This document shows positions 47,095 to 57,404 of a stretch of DNA of 64,000 bases, piece by piece (the stretch's first letter is position 1; every line of letters starts with the position of its first letter). This DNA is from Bdellovibrionales bacterium (GTDB taxonomy: Bacteria; Bdellovibrionota; Bdellovibrionia; Bdellovibrionales; UBA1609). Below the pieces are notes generated by a model that was given only the letters and a program-made list of their open reading frames with translations, was not told where the DNA came from and did not search any database. The translations under genes were made by a program, and so were the position numbers. The DNA is taken from the NCBI GenBank assembly GCA_015163875.1, contig JAAOIH010000002.1, forward strand, positions 17,574 through 81,573, read 5' to 3'.

Positions 47095-48885
47095 ATGCTA
47101 ATAAAAAATAAAAAAAACGAAATTAAATATATTATTATTTTATCTTGTTTTTTTTTATTTTTAACTTGGGTAGAGCTATATTTATTGCAAGTTAGTAGAA
47201 ACCTGTCTTTTAGTGACACATTCTTTTTTTTATCTTTAGTTAATTTTAATATTCTTGTTTTTTTATTTTTGGGTTTTTTAATTTTTAAAAACTTTATTAA
47301 AATTTTTGGAGACTACTCTAAAACTTTTGGAAAAAGCTTAAAAACAAAATTAATTTCTGCATTTATATTTTTTAGCTTTATACCAACAGGTATTGTAGCT
47401 ATTTTGTCTATATTTTATTTAAACAACAGTTTTAGCAAATGGTTTGATTATAAAATTACAGACGCATTGGCAAAAGTTGTAAAAGTTGGAGACTATTACC
47501 AAAACAGTATAAAACGAAATAATTATAAAATGGCATATATTTTTGAAAGACAACTTAAATATAAATTAAATAGTTGGAAAAAATTAAATAAACAAAAAAA
47601 ATCTTTATTAATAAATAAATTTACAAAATCTTTTAAAAAGCAATATTTTTTAGATAAAATAACACTACATACAAATCAAGATTTAAAAAAACTTAAAAAA
47701 AACAATTTAAATATAAAAAAAGTAAAATCTTTTTTAAATGGCAAAAATTTTAGCACAATATCAACCACAGGTTCACACACAACTATAGAAAGCTTTATAC
47801 CAGTTACTTTAAAAAAAGACTTTGTGGCAATTTCTGTTGGAACTTTAATTTCTACATATTTTTTAACTCAGTCTAAAGATATTGACGAAGTGTATAAAGT
47901 TTTAAACAAACAATCATTTATTTTTACATCTTCTAAAATGCTTTATTTTTCTACTTTAATTATAATGGTTTTGGTTATTATATTTATGGCAACTTGGTTT
48001 GGTTTTTATTTGGCCAAAAGATTAACTATCCCAGTTGAATTACTAAGCCGCGCCAGTCGAAAAATTGCAAAAGGAAGTGTTTTAAATAAAAAAGATTTAT
48101 CTTTGTTTGGAGCTTTAGATTACAAATCCACCTCCAGAGAATTTGAACAACTGTTAAAAGACTTTCAATTTATGGCCGAAGAAATTAGAAAATCTAAAGC
48201 AGAGGCCTTAAAAGTACAAAGAGTAGAAGCTTGGGCAGAGGTAGCTAGGCGAATGGCACACGAGGTAAAAAATCCATTAACGCCAATTAGTTTGTCTGCA
48301 CAAAGATTAAGTAAATTATTTTCAAAAACTCTTGATGACCAAAGATTTGATAAAAGTATTAAAATGATAATTGAGCATACAAATATATTAAAAAACTTAG
48401 TTAACGAATTTGCATTATTTGCTAGACTTCCTAGAACTAATTTAAAAAAACACTCTATCGTAGATTTAATAAAAGATGTTATTTTATTTTATACAGAATC
48501 TCACCCTAAAGTTAAATTTTCATTAAGCACTGATTTGTATAATTTAGATTGTCTGTTTGATAAAGAGCAAATTAACAGAGTTTTAATAAATTTAATTGCC
48601 AACAGTATTGAATCAATGGTTTCAGTTGGCAATCCAGAAGTTAATATCACTGTCATTGAAGAAAACAAAAATATAAATATTAAATTATCTGATAATGGCC
48701 CTGGGTTTAAGCCAGAAATGATAAATCGAGTTTTTGAGCCATATATTACTAATAAAGCATCCGGCACAGGGCTTGGCTTAGCAATAGTGAATAAAATATT
48801 AAAAGAGCATGGCGGGTCTGTAAAAATAAAAAACTTATCAACAAATGGAGCAGAGGTTACTCTTGTTTTTCCAATAAAAACTTAA
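47095..48885 (+). CDS. NtrY-like sensor histidine kinase lacking the PAS domain
   Basis: NtrY-type N-terminus (SLKTKLISAF..PT, WF), HAMP region, AWAEVARRMAHEVKNPLTPI, DNGPG, FEPY.T.K..GTGLGL. Confidence 0.85.
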   Translation: MLIKNKKNEIKYIIILSCFFLFLTWVELYLLQVSRNLSFSDTFFFLSLVNFNILVFLFLGFLIFKNFIKIFGDYSKTFGKSLKTKLISAFIFFSFIPTGIVAILSIFYLNNSFSKWFDYKITDALAKVVKVGDYYQNSIKRNNYKMAYIFERQLKYKLNSWKKLNKQKKSLLINKFTKSFKKQYFLDKITLHTNQDLKKLKKNNLNIKKVKSFLNGKNFSTISTTGSHTTIESFIPVTLKKDFVAISVGTLISTYFLTQSKDIDEVYKVLNKQSFIFTSSKMLYFSTLIIMVLVIIFMATWFGFYLAKRLTIPVELLSRASRKIAKGSVLNKKDLSLFGALDYKSTSREFEQLLKDFQFMAEEIRKSKAEALKVQRVEAWAEVARRMAHEVKNPLTPISLSAQRLSKLFSKTLDDQRFDKSIKMIIEHTNILKNLVNEFALFARLPRTNLKKHSIVDLIKDVILFYTESHPKVKFSLSTDLYNLDCLFDKEQINRVLINLIANSIESMVSVGNPEVNITVIEENKNINIKLSDNGPGFKPEMINRVFEPYITNKASGTGLGLAIVNKILKEHGGSVKIKNLSTNGAEVTLVFPIKT

Positions 48886-48909
48886 TAAGCCATAAAAACT
48901 TAATAAGCC
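48874..48909. repeat. 18-bp tandem duplication containing the kinase stop codon
   Basis: ATAAAAACTTAATAAGCC x2. Confidence 0.88.
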
Positions 48910-48967
48910 ATGGCAACTTTAAAAATAAATTTGTTTAGTCTTAAAATTAAGCTATAGTAATTTTATT

Positions 48968-50125
48968 ATGAAGACTAAAATTTTAGTTGTAGATGACGAA
49001 GCCTCTATTGTACAAGTTTTATTAGATTTGTTAACAGACGAAGGCTACGAAACACAATCTGCGTCTAGCGGAGAAGAAGCACTTAGAATGATATCTAGTT
49101 TTCAGCCAGATATTATTTTGCTAGATATTTGGATGCCGGGTTCTTTAGACGGGCTAGATGTTTTAAAAGAAATTAAATCTAAATTAAATTTATCAGAAGT
49201 TATTATGATGTCAGGTCACGGGACTATCGAAACAGCAGTTCAGGCTACAAAAGTAGGGGCTTGGGGCTTTTTAGAAAAGCCTTTAGTTTTTGATAAGCTA
49301 CATATTTTAATAAAACAAATTTTAATTATTCAAAAAGAACGAAAAGAAAAAAACTTTTTACTATCAAGGTTGCGAGAAGACATTAGTTTAATAGGCAGCA
49401 GCGACTTTATAAAAAATTGTAAAAAAAATATTTTAAATTGGAGCAAAGCTTCTGCACCAGTATTAATTTGTGGCGAAGCATCTGTTGGAAAAAAGATTTT
49501 AGCAAAAAACATACATTATATGGGCGAAAGGTCTCCTTATGATTTTGTTTCTTATTTTTGTGCTAACTCTGCACAAAGTTTGCAAATTGAAGAACTTTTT
49601 GGAAGACAAAAATCTTTTAGATTTCCACAAGAACCTGCAAAGAGATCGCAATTATCATATACTCACAAGGGAAGTTTGTTTTTAAGAAATATAGAATTTT
49701 TAAATTTAGATGCTCAAAAATTATTATGCTCATTTATAAAAAGCTCTGAATATCAATCTGTTGGATCAGATAAAAAATACAACAGCGATGTACATATAAT
49801 TGCAAGCACCTCAGCTGATTTAAAAAAAATGGCAGACAACGGAACATTTTTAAAAGATTTATACAGTCAATTTGCAGAAGTAATAAATGTTCCTTCGCTT
49901 TCTAGCAGAAAACAAGATTTGCAAGATTTAATTTTATATTTTTTATCTTATTTTTCTAAAAAAGAATCTTGCGAATTAAAATCTTTAGACAAAGACGCAA
50001 TGGATTTTTTACTTTCTGAAAAATGGCAATTTCATGCCAAAGAATTAAAAAACTTTATAGAAAAAATTTATATTTTTTATAAAAAACAAAATTTAAATAT
50101 CGCAGATATAAAAAAAATATTATAA
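48968..50125 (+). CDS. NtrX-like response regulator with degenerate AAA+ domain and no HTH
   Basis: Intact receiver domain (VVDDE, LLDIWMPG, MMSGHG, EKP). The AAA+ domain lacks GAFTGA, Walker B DE and the Arg fingers, and the protein ends before the Fis-type HTH. Confidence 0.82.
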   Translation: MKTKILVVDDEASIVQVLLDLLTDEGYETQSASSGEEALRMISSFQPDIILLDIWMPGSLDGLDVLKEIKSKLNLSEVIMMSGHGTIETAVQATKVGAWGFLEKPLVFDKLHILIKQILIIQKERKEKNFLLSRLREDISLIGSSDFIKNCKKNILNWSKASAPVLICGEASVGKKILAKNIHYMGERSPYDFVSYFCANSAQSLQIEELFGRQKSFRFPQEPAKRSQLSYTHKGSLFLRNIEFLNLDAQKLLCSFIKSSEYQSVGSDKKYNSDVHIIASTSADLKKMADNGTFLKDLYSQFAEVINVPSLSSRKQDLQDLILYFLSYFSKKESCELKSLDKDAMDFLLSEKWQFHAKELKNFIEKIYIFYKKQNLNIADIKKIL

Positions 50126-50139
50126 ATTTAAGGATAAAT

Positions 50140-51921
50140 ATGCGCTGGACAAATATCGGAATTACTACAACTAAAGAAGCTCCTGTAGAAGCAGAGTTAA
50201 TTAGTCACCAGCTTTTATTAAGAGCTGCTTATATTAAAAAAATGAGCCAAGGTATTTTTGTTTATGGACATTTAGCTTTAAGAGTAATTCGTAATTTAGA
50301 AAATATTATTAGACAAGAGCTAGACAAAGCAAACGCTGTTGAAATTTCTATGCCAATGGTGCAATCTGCAGACTTGTGGAAGTCCACAGGCAGGTGGGAC
50401 AAAATGGGCGACACTATGTTGAGATTTAAAAATCGCACTCAACAAGAATTTTGCTTGGGCCCAACTCACGAAGAGGTTGTTACAGAGTATATAAAACCTT
50501 TTATTAAAAGCTATAAAAACCTTCCACTTAATTTTTATCAAATTCAAACTAAATATCGAGATGAAATTCGCCCTAGATTTGGATTAATGAGAGGCAGAGA
50601 ATTTATAATGAAAGACGGATACAGCTTTGACACAAGCGCAGAGTCTGCACAAAAATCTTATGATAGCATGTATAAAGTTTATCAAAATATTTTTAACAGA
50701 CTTGGAGTTTCTTATAGAATTGTTCAAGCAGATACTGGCGACATTGGAGGAAATCAATCTCATGAATTTCATTTACTAGCAGAAAGCGGAGAAGATATAC
50801 TTTTAGTTTCTGACACAAGTGATTTTGCAGCAAATAGTGAAATTTGTAAAACTTTATCATTTTTAGAAAAACAAAATTTTGCTAAATCAGAAGACAAAGA
50901 TAAAGAGTCAAAAAAAGATTTAACAAAACTTGATCAAAAATTATTAAGCACTCCAAATATAAAAAGCATAAAAGATTTATCAAAATTTTTAAATTTAAAA
51001 AAAGATAAATTAGTAAAAACTTTATTTTTTAATATAAAAACAACACAAGTTGAAAAAAAAGAAGTAAAACAAAATATTGAAAAAATAGTTGTACTTGTTA
51101 GGGGAGACCATGACATTAATACTTATAAATTAAAAAATTTTTTTAAAGCTTTAGAGGTAAGCCTGTTGACAGAAGAAGAAGTAATAGCATTAACAGGGGC
51201 AAATCCTGGAAGTTGCGGACCTATAAATTTAAAAGAAAAAATAAAAATTTATGCAGATTTTTCTATAGAAAAAATGATTAACTATACAGTAGGTGCTAAT
51301 AAAAATGATTATCATATTCAAAATGTTAATAATTCTGATTTTATTTGTGAGGGGTTTTTTGATTTTAGACTTGCAGTAGCTGGCGACTTGTCTCCAGACG
51401 GAAAAGGAAGGCTTGTAGAATACAAAGGCATAGAGGCTGGACATATTTTTTATTTAGGAACTACATATTCTAAAAAATTAAAAGCTGAATTTTTAGACAG
51501 CAACGGAAAAACTTGCCCAGTAGAAATGGGTTGTTACGGACTTGGGGTTTCAAGACTTGTGCAAGCAATAGTTGAGCAATCACATGATGAAAATGGAATT
51601 ATTTGGCCAATGATTTTAGCTCCATATAAAGTTCATATTTGTTTATTAGACCCAAAAGATGAAGAGATAAGCAAGTTATGCGATGACATTTATAAAGATT
51701 TAATCTCTAAAGGAGTAAGCGTTTTATTAGATGACAGAAAAGAAAGACCAGGGTTTAAATTTAAAGATGCTGATTTATTAGGCATGCCATTGCGATTAAC
51801 TTTTGGTGCAAGGTCTTTAAAAGAGGGAGGAGTAGAGCTGGTTGAAAGAAAAACTCAAGAAAAACAACTTATTAAATTAAACGAAGTTGTAGAAACTATA
51901 TTAAAAAAAGTTAAGCAATAA
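50140..51921 (+). CDS. proS: Proline--tRNA ligase with INS editing domain
   Basis: LGPTHEE, YQIQTKYRDEIRPRFGLMRGREF, GCYGLGVSR, DDRKERPGFKFKDADL. Confidence 0.97.
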   Translation: MRWTNIGITTTKEAPVEAELISHQLLLRAAYIKKMSQGIFVYGHLALRVIRNLENIIRQELDKANAVEISMPMVQSADLWKSTGRWDKMGDTMLRFKNRTQQEFCLGPTHEEVVTEYIKPFIKSYKNLPLNFYQIQTKYRDEIRPRFGLMRGREFIMKDGYSFDTSAESAQKSYDSMYKVYQNIFNRLGVSYRIVQADTGDIGGNQSHEFHLLAESGEDILLVSDTSDFAANSEICKTLSFLEKQNFAKSEDKDKESKKDLTKLDQKLLSTPNIKSIKDLSKFLNLKKDKLVKTLFFNIKTTQVEKKEVKQNIEKIVVLVRGDHDINTYKLKNFFKALEVSLLTEEEVIALTGANPGSCGPINLKEKIKIYADFSIEKMINYTVGANKNDYHIQNVNNSDFICEGFFDFRLAVAGDLSPDGKGRLVEYKGIEAGHIFYLGTTYSKKLKAEFLDSNGKTCPVEMGCYGLGVSRLVQAIVEQSHDENGIIWPMILAPYKVHICLLDPKDEEISKLCDDIYKDLISKGVSVLLDDRKERPGFKFKDADLLGMPLRLTFGARSLKEGGVELVERKTQEKQLIKLNEVVETILKKVKQ

Positions 51922-51968
51922 AAACAAAAACCAAAATAAAAACCAAAACAAAAACCAAAACAAAAATG
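51921..51968. repeat. 12-bp tandem repeat (AAAACAAAAACC, 4 copies) from the proS stop to the pyrF start
   Basis: Read directly; the last unit ends in the pyrF ATG. Confidence 0.88.
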
Positions 51969-52685
51969 AAATCAATATTAAAATATCCATTTTTTTTAGC
52001 CTTAGACATAAGTAGTCCAAGCGATGCATGGAAGTTTTTGCAAGAGCATCAATTAAATATTGGCGGAGTAAAGCTTGGTCCAAAACTTATTTTAAACGCA
52101 GGTTGGGATTTTGTAACAAAAGCATCTAAAATTGCCCCTGTTTTTTTAGATTTTAAATTTTATGATATTCCATCAGTAACTTTATCTGCGGTAAAACAAA
52201 GCTTTGATTTAGGGGCAAGTTTTGTTACAGTGCACGCCTCTATTGGTGCAGAAGCTTTGTCACTTATTTATGATTTTGAAAAAGAAGCTAATAAAACAAG
52301 AGCATTTAAAGTTTTGGCAGTAAGCATTTTAACAAGCTTTGCAGAAGATAAACAATTACCGCATTGGAAAGACGGAAAAATTATAGACAAAGTAAAATGT
52401 CTTGCTAATTTGGTTAAACAATCTGGACTAAAAGGCTTTGTTTGCTCACCTGAGGATTTAAAATATTTAAAACCTTTGTATCCAGAATTTTTTTTTGTAA
52501 CTCCTGGAATTAGACTAAATTCTGATTTAAAAAAAATAGAAAACGATGATCAAAATAGAATTTTAACACCAAGCGAAGCATTGCAAGAAGGCAGCGATGC
52601 TTTAGTAATTGGAAGGCCCGTGTATAATAATGAAAATCCAAGCAATATTTTAAAATCTATTATTTTAGACTGTAAAAATAAATAA
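51966..52685 (+). CDS. pyrF: Orotidine-5'-phosphate decarboxylase
   Basis: LALD, FLDFKFYDIP, TVHAS, VTPGIR, DDQNRILTP, VIGRP. Confidence 0.95.
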   Translation: MKSILKYPFFLALDISSPSDAWKFLQEHQLNIGGVKLGPKLILNAGWDFVTKASKIAPVFLDFKFYDIPSVTLSAVKQSFDLGASFVTVHASIGAEALSLIYDFEKEANKTRAFKVLAVSILTSFAEDKQLPHWKDGKIIDKVKCLANLVKQSGLKGFVCSPEDLKYLKPLYPEFFFVTPGIRLNSDLKKIENDDQNRILTPSEALQEGSDALVIGRPVYNNENPSNILKSIILDCKNK

Positions 52686-52748
52686 AATAAAACAAAAATA
52701 AATAAATAAATAAAATAAAAACTAAACAAATTAACTAAAAAGGAAAAG

Positions 52749-53996
52749 ATGCAAAATTTATTCACAGCAAATCAATTTTTTAATATTTTTATAATAGCCC
52801 TATCTTTACACACTTTAACAGAGCTCTATTTAAATTTTAGACAATTTATTTTTGTCAAAAAAAATAGCAACACAGTGCCAGAATTTTTTAAAGAAGAAAT
52901 TACTTTAGATGAACACAAAAAAGCAGCCAACTATAGCATTGCAAAATTAAAACTTTCTTCGGTAGAATTAATCTGGGGAGTTGTAGTATTACTTTTTTGG
53001 ACAAAAGCAGGGGGGCTTGAAGAATTAAACAAATATTTTTCTTTAAGCTCATCTAGTCCGTGGTATCTTCCATCACTAATGATTTTAAGTTTTATTGGAT
53101 TAAATATAATTATATCTTTGCCTTTTTCTTTATTTAAAACATTTTCTTTAGAAGAAAAATTTGGCTTTAACAAAACTAACTTAAAAACATTTTTTTTAGA
53201 TTTTTTTAAACAAATTTTATTATTATTCTTAATTGGATTTCCAATAGCTTCGCTTATCTTGTGGCTACTCCAAAGCATGGGAGAGTACTCTTGGATTTAC
53301 ACTTGGTTATTTTGGGTTAGCTTTATGATTTTAATGCAATGGGCTTATCCAGTTATTTTAGCCCCACTGTTTAATAAATTTACTCCACTAGAAGATAAAG
53401 AATTAAAAGAATCTATTTTAAATTTATTAAAGCGATGTGGCTTTGATGGAGGCGGAGTTTTTTTAATGGACGGATCTAAACGAAGCAGTCATGGAAATGC
53501 ATACTTATCTGGTTTAGGATCAAAAAAACGAATTGTTTTTTTTGACACACTTTTAAAACAGCTAACAACTACAGAAGTAGAAAGTGTTTTAGCTCACGAG
53601 CTTGGACATTTTTATCACAAACATATTCAAAAATTTTTATTGCGTTATGTAGCAATTAGCTTTGTAGCTTTTTTTATTTTAGGACAACTTTTAAATGCAA
53701 CATGGTTTCATAAAGGCTTAGGAGTTGAGGGAACTTTTATATGGAATTTTTTAATTTTATTTTCTTTGTCTTTATCTATCTTTACTTTTTGGATGTCGCC
53801 ATTTATCAATTTGTCTAGCCGTAAAAATGAGTTTGAAGCTGATCAGTTTGCTAAACAAAAAGCCTCTGCTAGCGATTTAAAAACTGCTTTATTAAAATTA
53901 AGTAAAGATAACGCATCTACCTTAACTCCTGACCCGTGGTATGCTACTTATCATTATTCTCATCCAGATATTTTAACAAGAATTAAAAAGATATAA
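52749..53996 (+). CDS. Ste24-type M48 metallopeptidase
   Basis: FSLEEKFGFN, DGSKRSSHGNAY, VLAHELGH, EFEAD, SHP. Confidence 0.93.
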   Translation: MQNLFTANQFFNIFIIALSLHTLTELYLNFRQFIFVKKNSNTVPEFFKEEITLDEHKKAANYSIAKLKLSSVELIWGVVVLLFWTKAGGLEELNKYFSLSSSSPWYLPSLMILSFIGLNIIISLPFSLFKTFSLEEKFGFNKTNLKTFFLDFFKQILLLFLIGFPIASLILWLLQSMGEYSWIYTWLFWVSFMILMQWAYPVILAPLFNKFTPLEDKELKESILNLLKRCGFDGGGVFLMDGSKRSSHGNAYLSGLGSKKRIVFFDTLLKQLTTTEVESVLAHELGHFYHKHIQKFLLRYVAISFVAFFILGQLLNATWFHKGLGVEGTFIWNFLILFSLSLSIFTFWMSPFINLSSRKNEFEADQFAKQKASASDLKTALLKLSKDNASTLTPDPWYATYHYSHPDILTRIKKI

Positions 53997-54005
53997 GGCA
54001 AAATT

Positions 54006-54743
54006 ATGAAAAAACCAAAACTTTCTACATCTCAAAACAGAGTAGGCCTACATGCCTGTTATGAATGCTTACTTAATAATCCAAAATCTGTTGAAAAAGC
54101 TTATATTTCTAGAACTAAACAAGATCCCTTATTTATAAAAATAAAAAAACTATTAGAGTCTAATAATATACCTACAGAAATAGTAAAAAAATCTTTTTTA
54201 GATTTAATGAGTTTTAATCACCAAGGTTTAGGATTAAAAGTAAACTCTCAACCAGAACTGGACTGGAAAAATTTAGATAACTTAGAAGAAAATAAAAAAA
54301 GCATGATATTATTTATTGACGGAGTAGAAGACCCTCACAATTTAGGAGCTTTAATTCGCACAGCATGGCTTATGAAAGTTAAAGCTATTTTTGTAGCAGA
54401 GCATCAGGGGTTAAGCTCGCTAACTCCAACAGTTTATAAAGTTGCCTGTGGTGGGGCAGAATATGTTCCTGTTATTTTTACAACTAAGTTGCCATTTTTA
54501 ATTGAAAAAATAAAACAAAAATCTTATTGGGTTTACGGACTGTCACACAAGGCAAAAGAAAATATACATAAATGTAATTACTCTAATAACATTGCATTTG
54601 TTTTAGGGTCTGAGTCAGGTGGTATTCGTAAATCTGTAGAAAATACTTGCGATGTATTGCTAAGCATTCCTCAAATTTCTGCCAATGCTAGTTATAATAT
54701 GTCAGTTGCAGGGGCATTAGCAATGTCTGCTGGGTCTTTATAA
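54006..54743 (+). CDS. rlmB: 23S rRNA 2'-O-methyltransferase RlmB (TrmH/SPOUT family)
   Basis: HQG, DGVEDPHNLGALIR, VLGSESGG, SIP...ASYNMSVA. Confidence 0.85.
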   Translation: MKKPKLSTSQNRVGLHACYECLLNNPKSVEKAYISRTKQDPLFIKIKKLLESNNIPTEIVKKSFLDLMSFNHQGLGLKVNSQPELDWKNLDNLEENKKSMILFIDGVEDPHNLGALIRTAWLMKVKAIFVAEHQGLSSLTPTVYKVACGGAEYVPVIFTTKLPFLIEKIKQKSYWVYGLSHKAKENIHKCNYSNNIAFVLGSESGGIRKSVENTCDVLLSIPQISANASYNMSVAGALAMSAGSL

Positions 54744-54832
54744 TTGTCTAAACTTTAAACACCTTATAAGTAAACTTTACATTTTTTACATGTATTTAAT
54801 TTTAATTTAATTTATGTGTTAGTTTTCATAGC

Positions 54833-57127
54833 ATGAGGTTATTTTATTTTCTTTTAATATCTTTTATTTCTATTAACGCACATTCTAAAATTCCAAATAT
54901 GCGAGTGCAGTTTGGATCTGGATTAAATAAAGAATGTAGTTTTGTAGATAACGAACAAGTTGTTGCGTCTTTAGAGGCATCTCTTAAAGTTTTAAATCAA
55001 ATCGAAGAACAACGAGAAGAATGCAAATCTGTACACAGCAACTCAAAAGCTTTTTTAGATACTTATTTAGGCTATATGCGAAACAGAGAAGAAAGCTTGC
55101 AACAAGCAGTTGTAGAAGAATCAGTTATTAAATCCGAAATAGAAAGATTAACTTTAGATGGATCTTATGACAATCAATATGACTCAAGTTTGTTAGAAGT
55201 TTTAAAAACCAAAGCTTTAAATTCTAATAAAAAAAAACGAAGATCTAATGCCTTATTACAAACATTTCAATTGTCGTCTACTTTACTTGAGGACTTAGAA
55301 AAAAACCCAAAATGCGCAGCTTCTGTTAGCTCACATATTGTTGCACCAAGCATTGGAATATTAGGCCAACTTTCTGGGGCATTTTATTCAGGGGCCAGTG
55401 CATTTGGAATTCCATTAATTGCGGGTTTTGCACAACTGGTTTCTAAATTTGTATCTTATGTTGGAAGCGTAAGCGAAAACTCTTATGTTGGTTTAGAAAA
55501 TTTAACTAAGTCTTCTAATTACTATCTTTCGTATAAATGTGCTTTTAAAAATATTGAAAAAATTAAATGCTCTCTTTTAGAAGAAGAACATATGCTTGGA
55601 AAGTTACACCTTCCTAACTTTGGCAAAAAAATTCTAAAATTAGATAAAACAAAACGATTTAAAACTTTAAGAGATTTAAAAAGACACAGATATAGAATTT
55701 TTGAACTAATAGAAGAGATAGATAAATTATTTAATTCGCCAGAAACTTTTGACGCCGTAACTCAAGTGGTAACTTTACAATCTACATTTTCTAAATTAGA
55801 GCTAGAGCCTAAAAACCCTCCCCTAAAAAATCAATTTTATATAGATGCTTTAAAAAAAGAGGGATTTGTTGTTATAAACCCAATTGGCATTTGGAGCTCC
55901 TATGATGTAGGTCAGCTTAAATGGTCAAAATGGTTTGTTCGTTATTTTTTAAATAGTAGTTTTTTAGGAACAGAGGTTCAAAACGCATGTTTAAAATCTG
56001 CAAGATGGTCTACAAATTTTACTGCATGTAAGGCAGTATCTTTAACTCAAGTTGCAGAGATAAATGATTTTATAAAAGAGGTAATTGTTCCTGCATTAAT
56101 TAATACCTTAAAAGAGCAAAAAAGATTAAATGTTCAAATTAAAGCTTTTCCAAGCTTGCAAAGTTTGTACACTTTATTATCTGAGCAAGAAACTTATAAG
56201 GGCGATCCAGATTACAACGAATACTCTTTAAGCAAGCTGTTTAAAAAATTTAATAATTACAGTAAATTTTTTTTACAAAGCCCTGCTAGATTATTTTCTC
56301 AAGATATTTTAAAAATTATAAAATCTTTAAACCGACTTTTGATAGCCAGAACACATACAATGGCATTATTTTTACAAGAAGCAAGAAACGCTTACGACTC
56401 TCTTGCTACAATTTCTAATAACGGAAGATCAGGCGGAGTTTTGTATGTTTCATTTCTTGATGCAAAATTTTCTAACTATTTTGAATCTATAACTAGATAT
56501 TATTTATTACAAGATCAAAAAGTAGCTTTAAATTTTTCTAAATTTAATGTTATGGCTAATTTATATAAAAAATATCAATCTAGATTAGTTCAGCCAAGCT
56601 CTGCTGGTAGTTCTAATTTATCTTTAATGACAGACATTCAATCTTCATTTTTAAATGTATTTTTGCCATCTATGATAGAGCATTTAAAAACAGTAAAAAT
56701 GCGTTACCAGTCATCTTTACATAAAAAAGAAAAACGAGAACTTTTACATAGCTGTGCATTATTTTTACCATATTTAGATTCAAAAGGCTCTGACTACAGT
56801 CATACTAATACAAATTATAACAACAGCTCAAATAATGTACTCGGCTACAACGATGGTGATGACAATGGTGATTACGGAACACAAATTAGCTCTAACACTA
56901 ATAATAATTGGGAGGGGGATTCATCTTTAGGTTTATTTTGTAAAAATTTATTACAAAAAGAACAAGGCCTTCCTTTTTTAGTTAGAGGCGAACAAAAATA
57001 TTCATTAAAACCAGATCACAGACCAGCCTTTGATAAATCTTGTTATTACTATTATTACCAAAGAGAAGTTTCTATAAAACAAATTTCTCAAAAATTTGAA
57101 TACTTAAATCAAAGTATTAAATTTTAA
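54833..57127 (+). CDS. Large secreted hypothetical protein
   Basis: Signal peptide (NAHS), paired cysteines, helical content, Asn/Asp/Gly-rich insert near the C-terminus; no family recognised. Confidence 0.75.
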   Translation: MRLFYFLLISFISINAHSKIPNMRVQFGSGLNKECSFVDNEQVVASLEASLKVLNQIEEQREECKSVHSNSKAFLDTYLGYMRNREESLQQAVVEESVIKSEIERLTLDGSYDNQYDSSLLEVLKTKALNSNKKKRRSNALLQTFQLSSTLLEDLEKNPKCAASVSSHIVAPSIGILGQLSGAFYSGASAFGIPLIAGFAQLVSKFVSYVGSVSENSYVGLENLTKSSNYYLSYKCAFKNIEKIKCSLLEEEHMLGKLHLPNFGKKILKLDKTKRFKTLRDLKRHRYRIFELIEEIDKLFNSPETFDAVTQVVTLQSTFSKLELEPKNPPLKNQFYIDALKKEGFVVINPIGIWSSYDVGQLKWSKWFVRYFLNSSFLGTEVQNACLKSARWSTNFTACKAVSLTQVAEINDFIKEVIVPALINTLKEQKRLNVQIKAFPSLQSLYTLLSEQETYKGDPDYNEYSLSKLFKKFNNYSKFFLQSPARLFSQDILKIIKSLNRLLIARTHTMALFLQEARNAYDSLATISNNGRSGGVLYVSFLDAKFSNYFESITRYYLLQDQKVALNFSKFNVMANLYKKYQSRLVQPSSAGSSNLSLMTDIQSSFLNVFLPSMIEHLKTVKMRYQSSLHKKEKRELLHSCALFLPYLDSKGSDYSHTNTNYNNSSNNVLGYNDGDDNGDYGTQISSNTNNNWEGDSSLGLFCKNLLQKEQGLPFLVRGEQKYSLKPDHRPAFDKSCYYYYYQREVSIKQISQKFEYLNQSIKF

Positions 57128-57132
57128 TAAAA

Positions 57133-57384
57133 TTATTTATTTAATAACTTATCTAAATCGCCATTTTGCTCTAGACTTGATAATTCTTGAAACCCACCAA
57201 TAAGCTTATCGTTAATAAAAATTTGTGGAACAGTTTGCATTCCTGTTTTTTGTTTTAATTTTACTAACTCGTCCATATTAGAAGATAAATTAATTTCTTT
57301 AAATTCTAAATTTTTAGATGCTAAAAGTTTTTTTGCTCTTATGCAAAATGGGCAGTAATCTGTGCTGTATAAAACTATAGACAT
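57133..57384 (-). CDS. grxC: Glutaredoxin 3
   Basis: CPFC, TVPQIFI, IGGF. Confidence 0.9.
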   Translation of the reverse strand: MSIVLYSTDYCPFCIRAKKLLASKNLEFKEINLSSNMDELVKLKQKTGMQTVPQIFINDKLIGGFQELSSLEQNGDLDKLLNK

Positions 57385-57404
57385 AAATTCCTTTTTTGTA
57401 ATTG

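Noticed and set aside
52680-52748. A-rich low-complexity pyrF-M48 spacer as a defined repeat
   Set aside because: I could not define a consistent unit, so it is left as low-complexity sequence.
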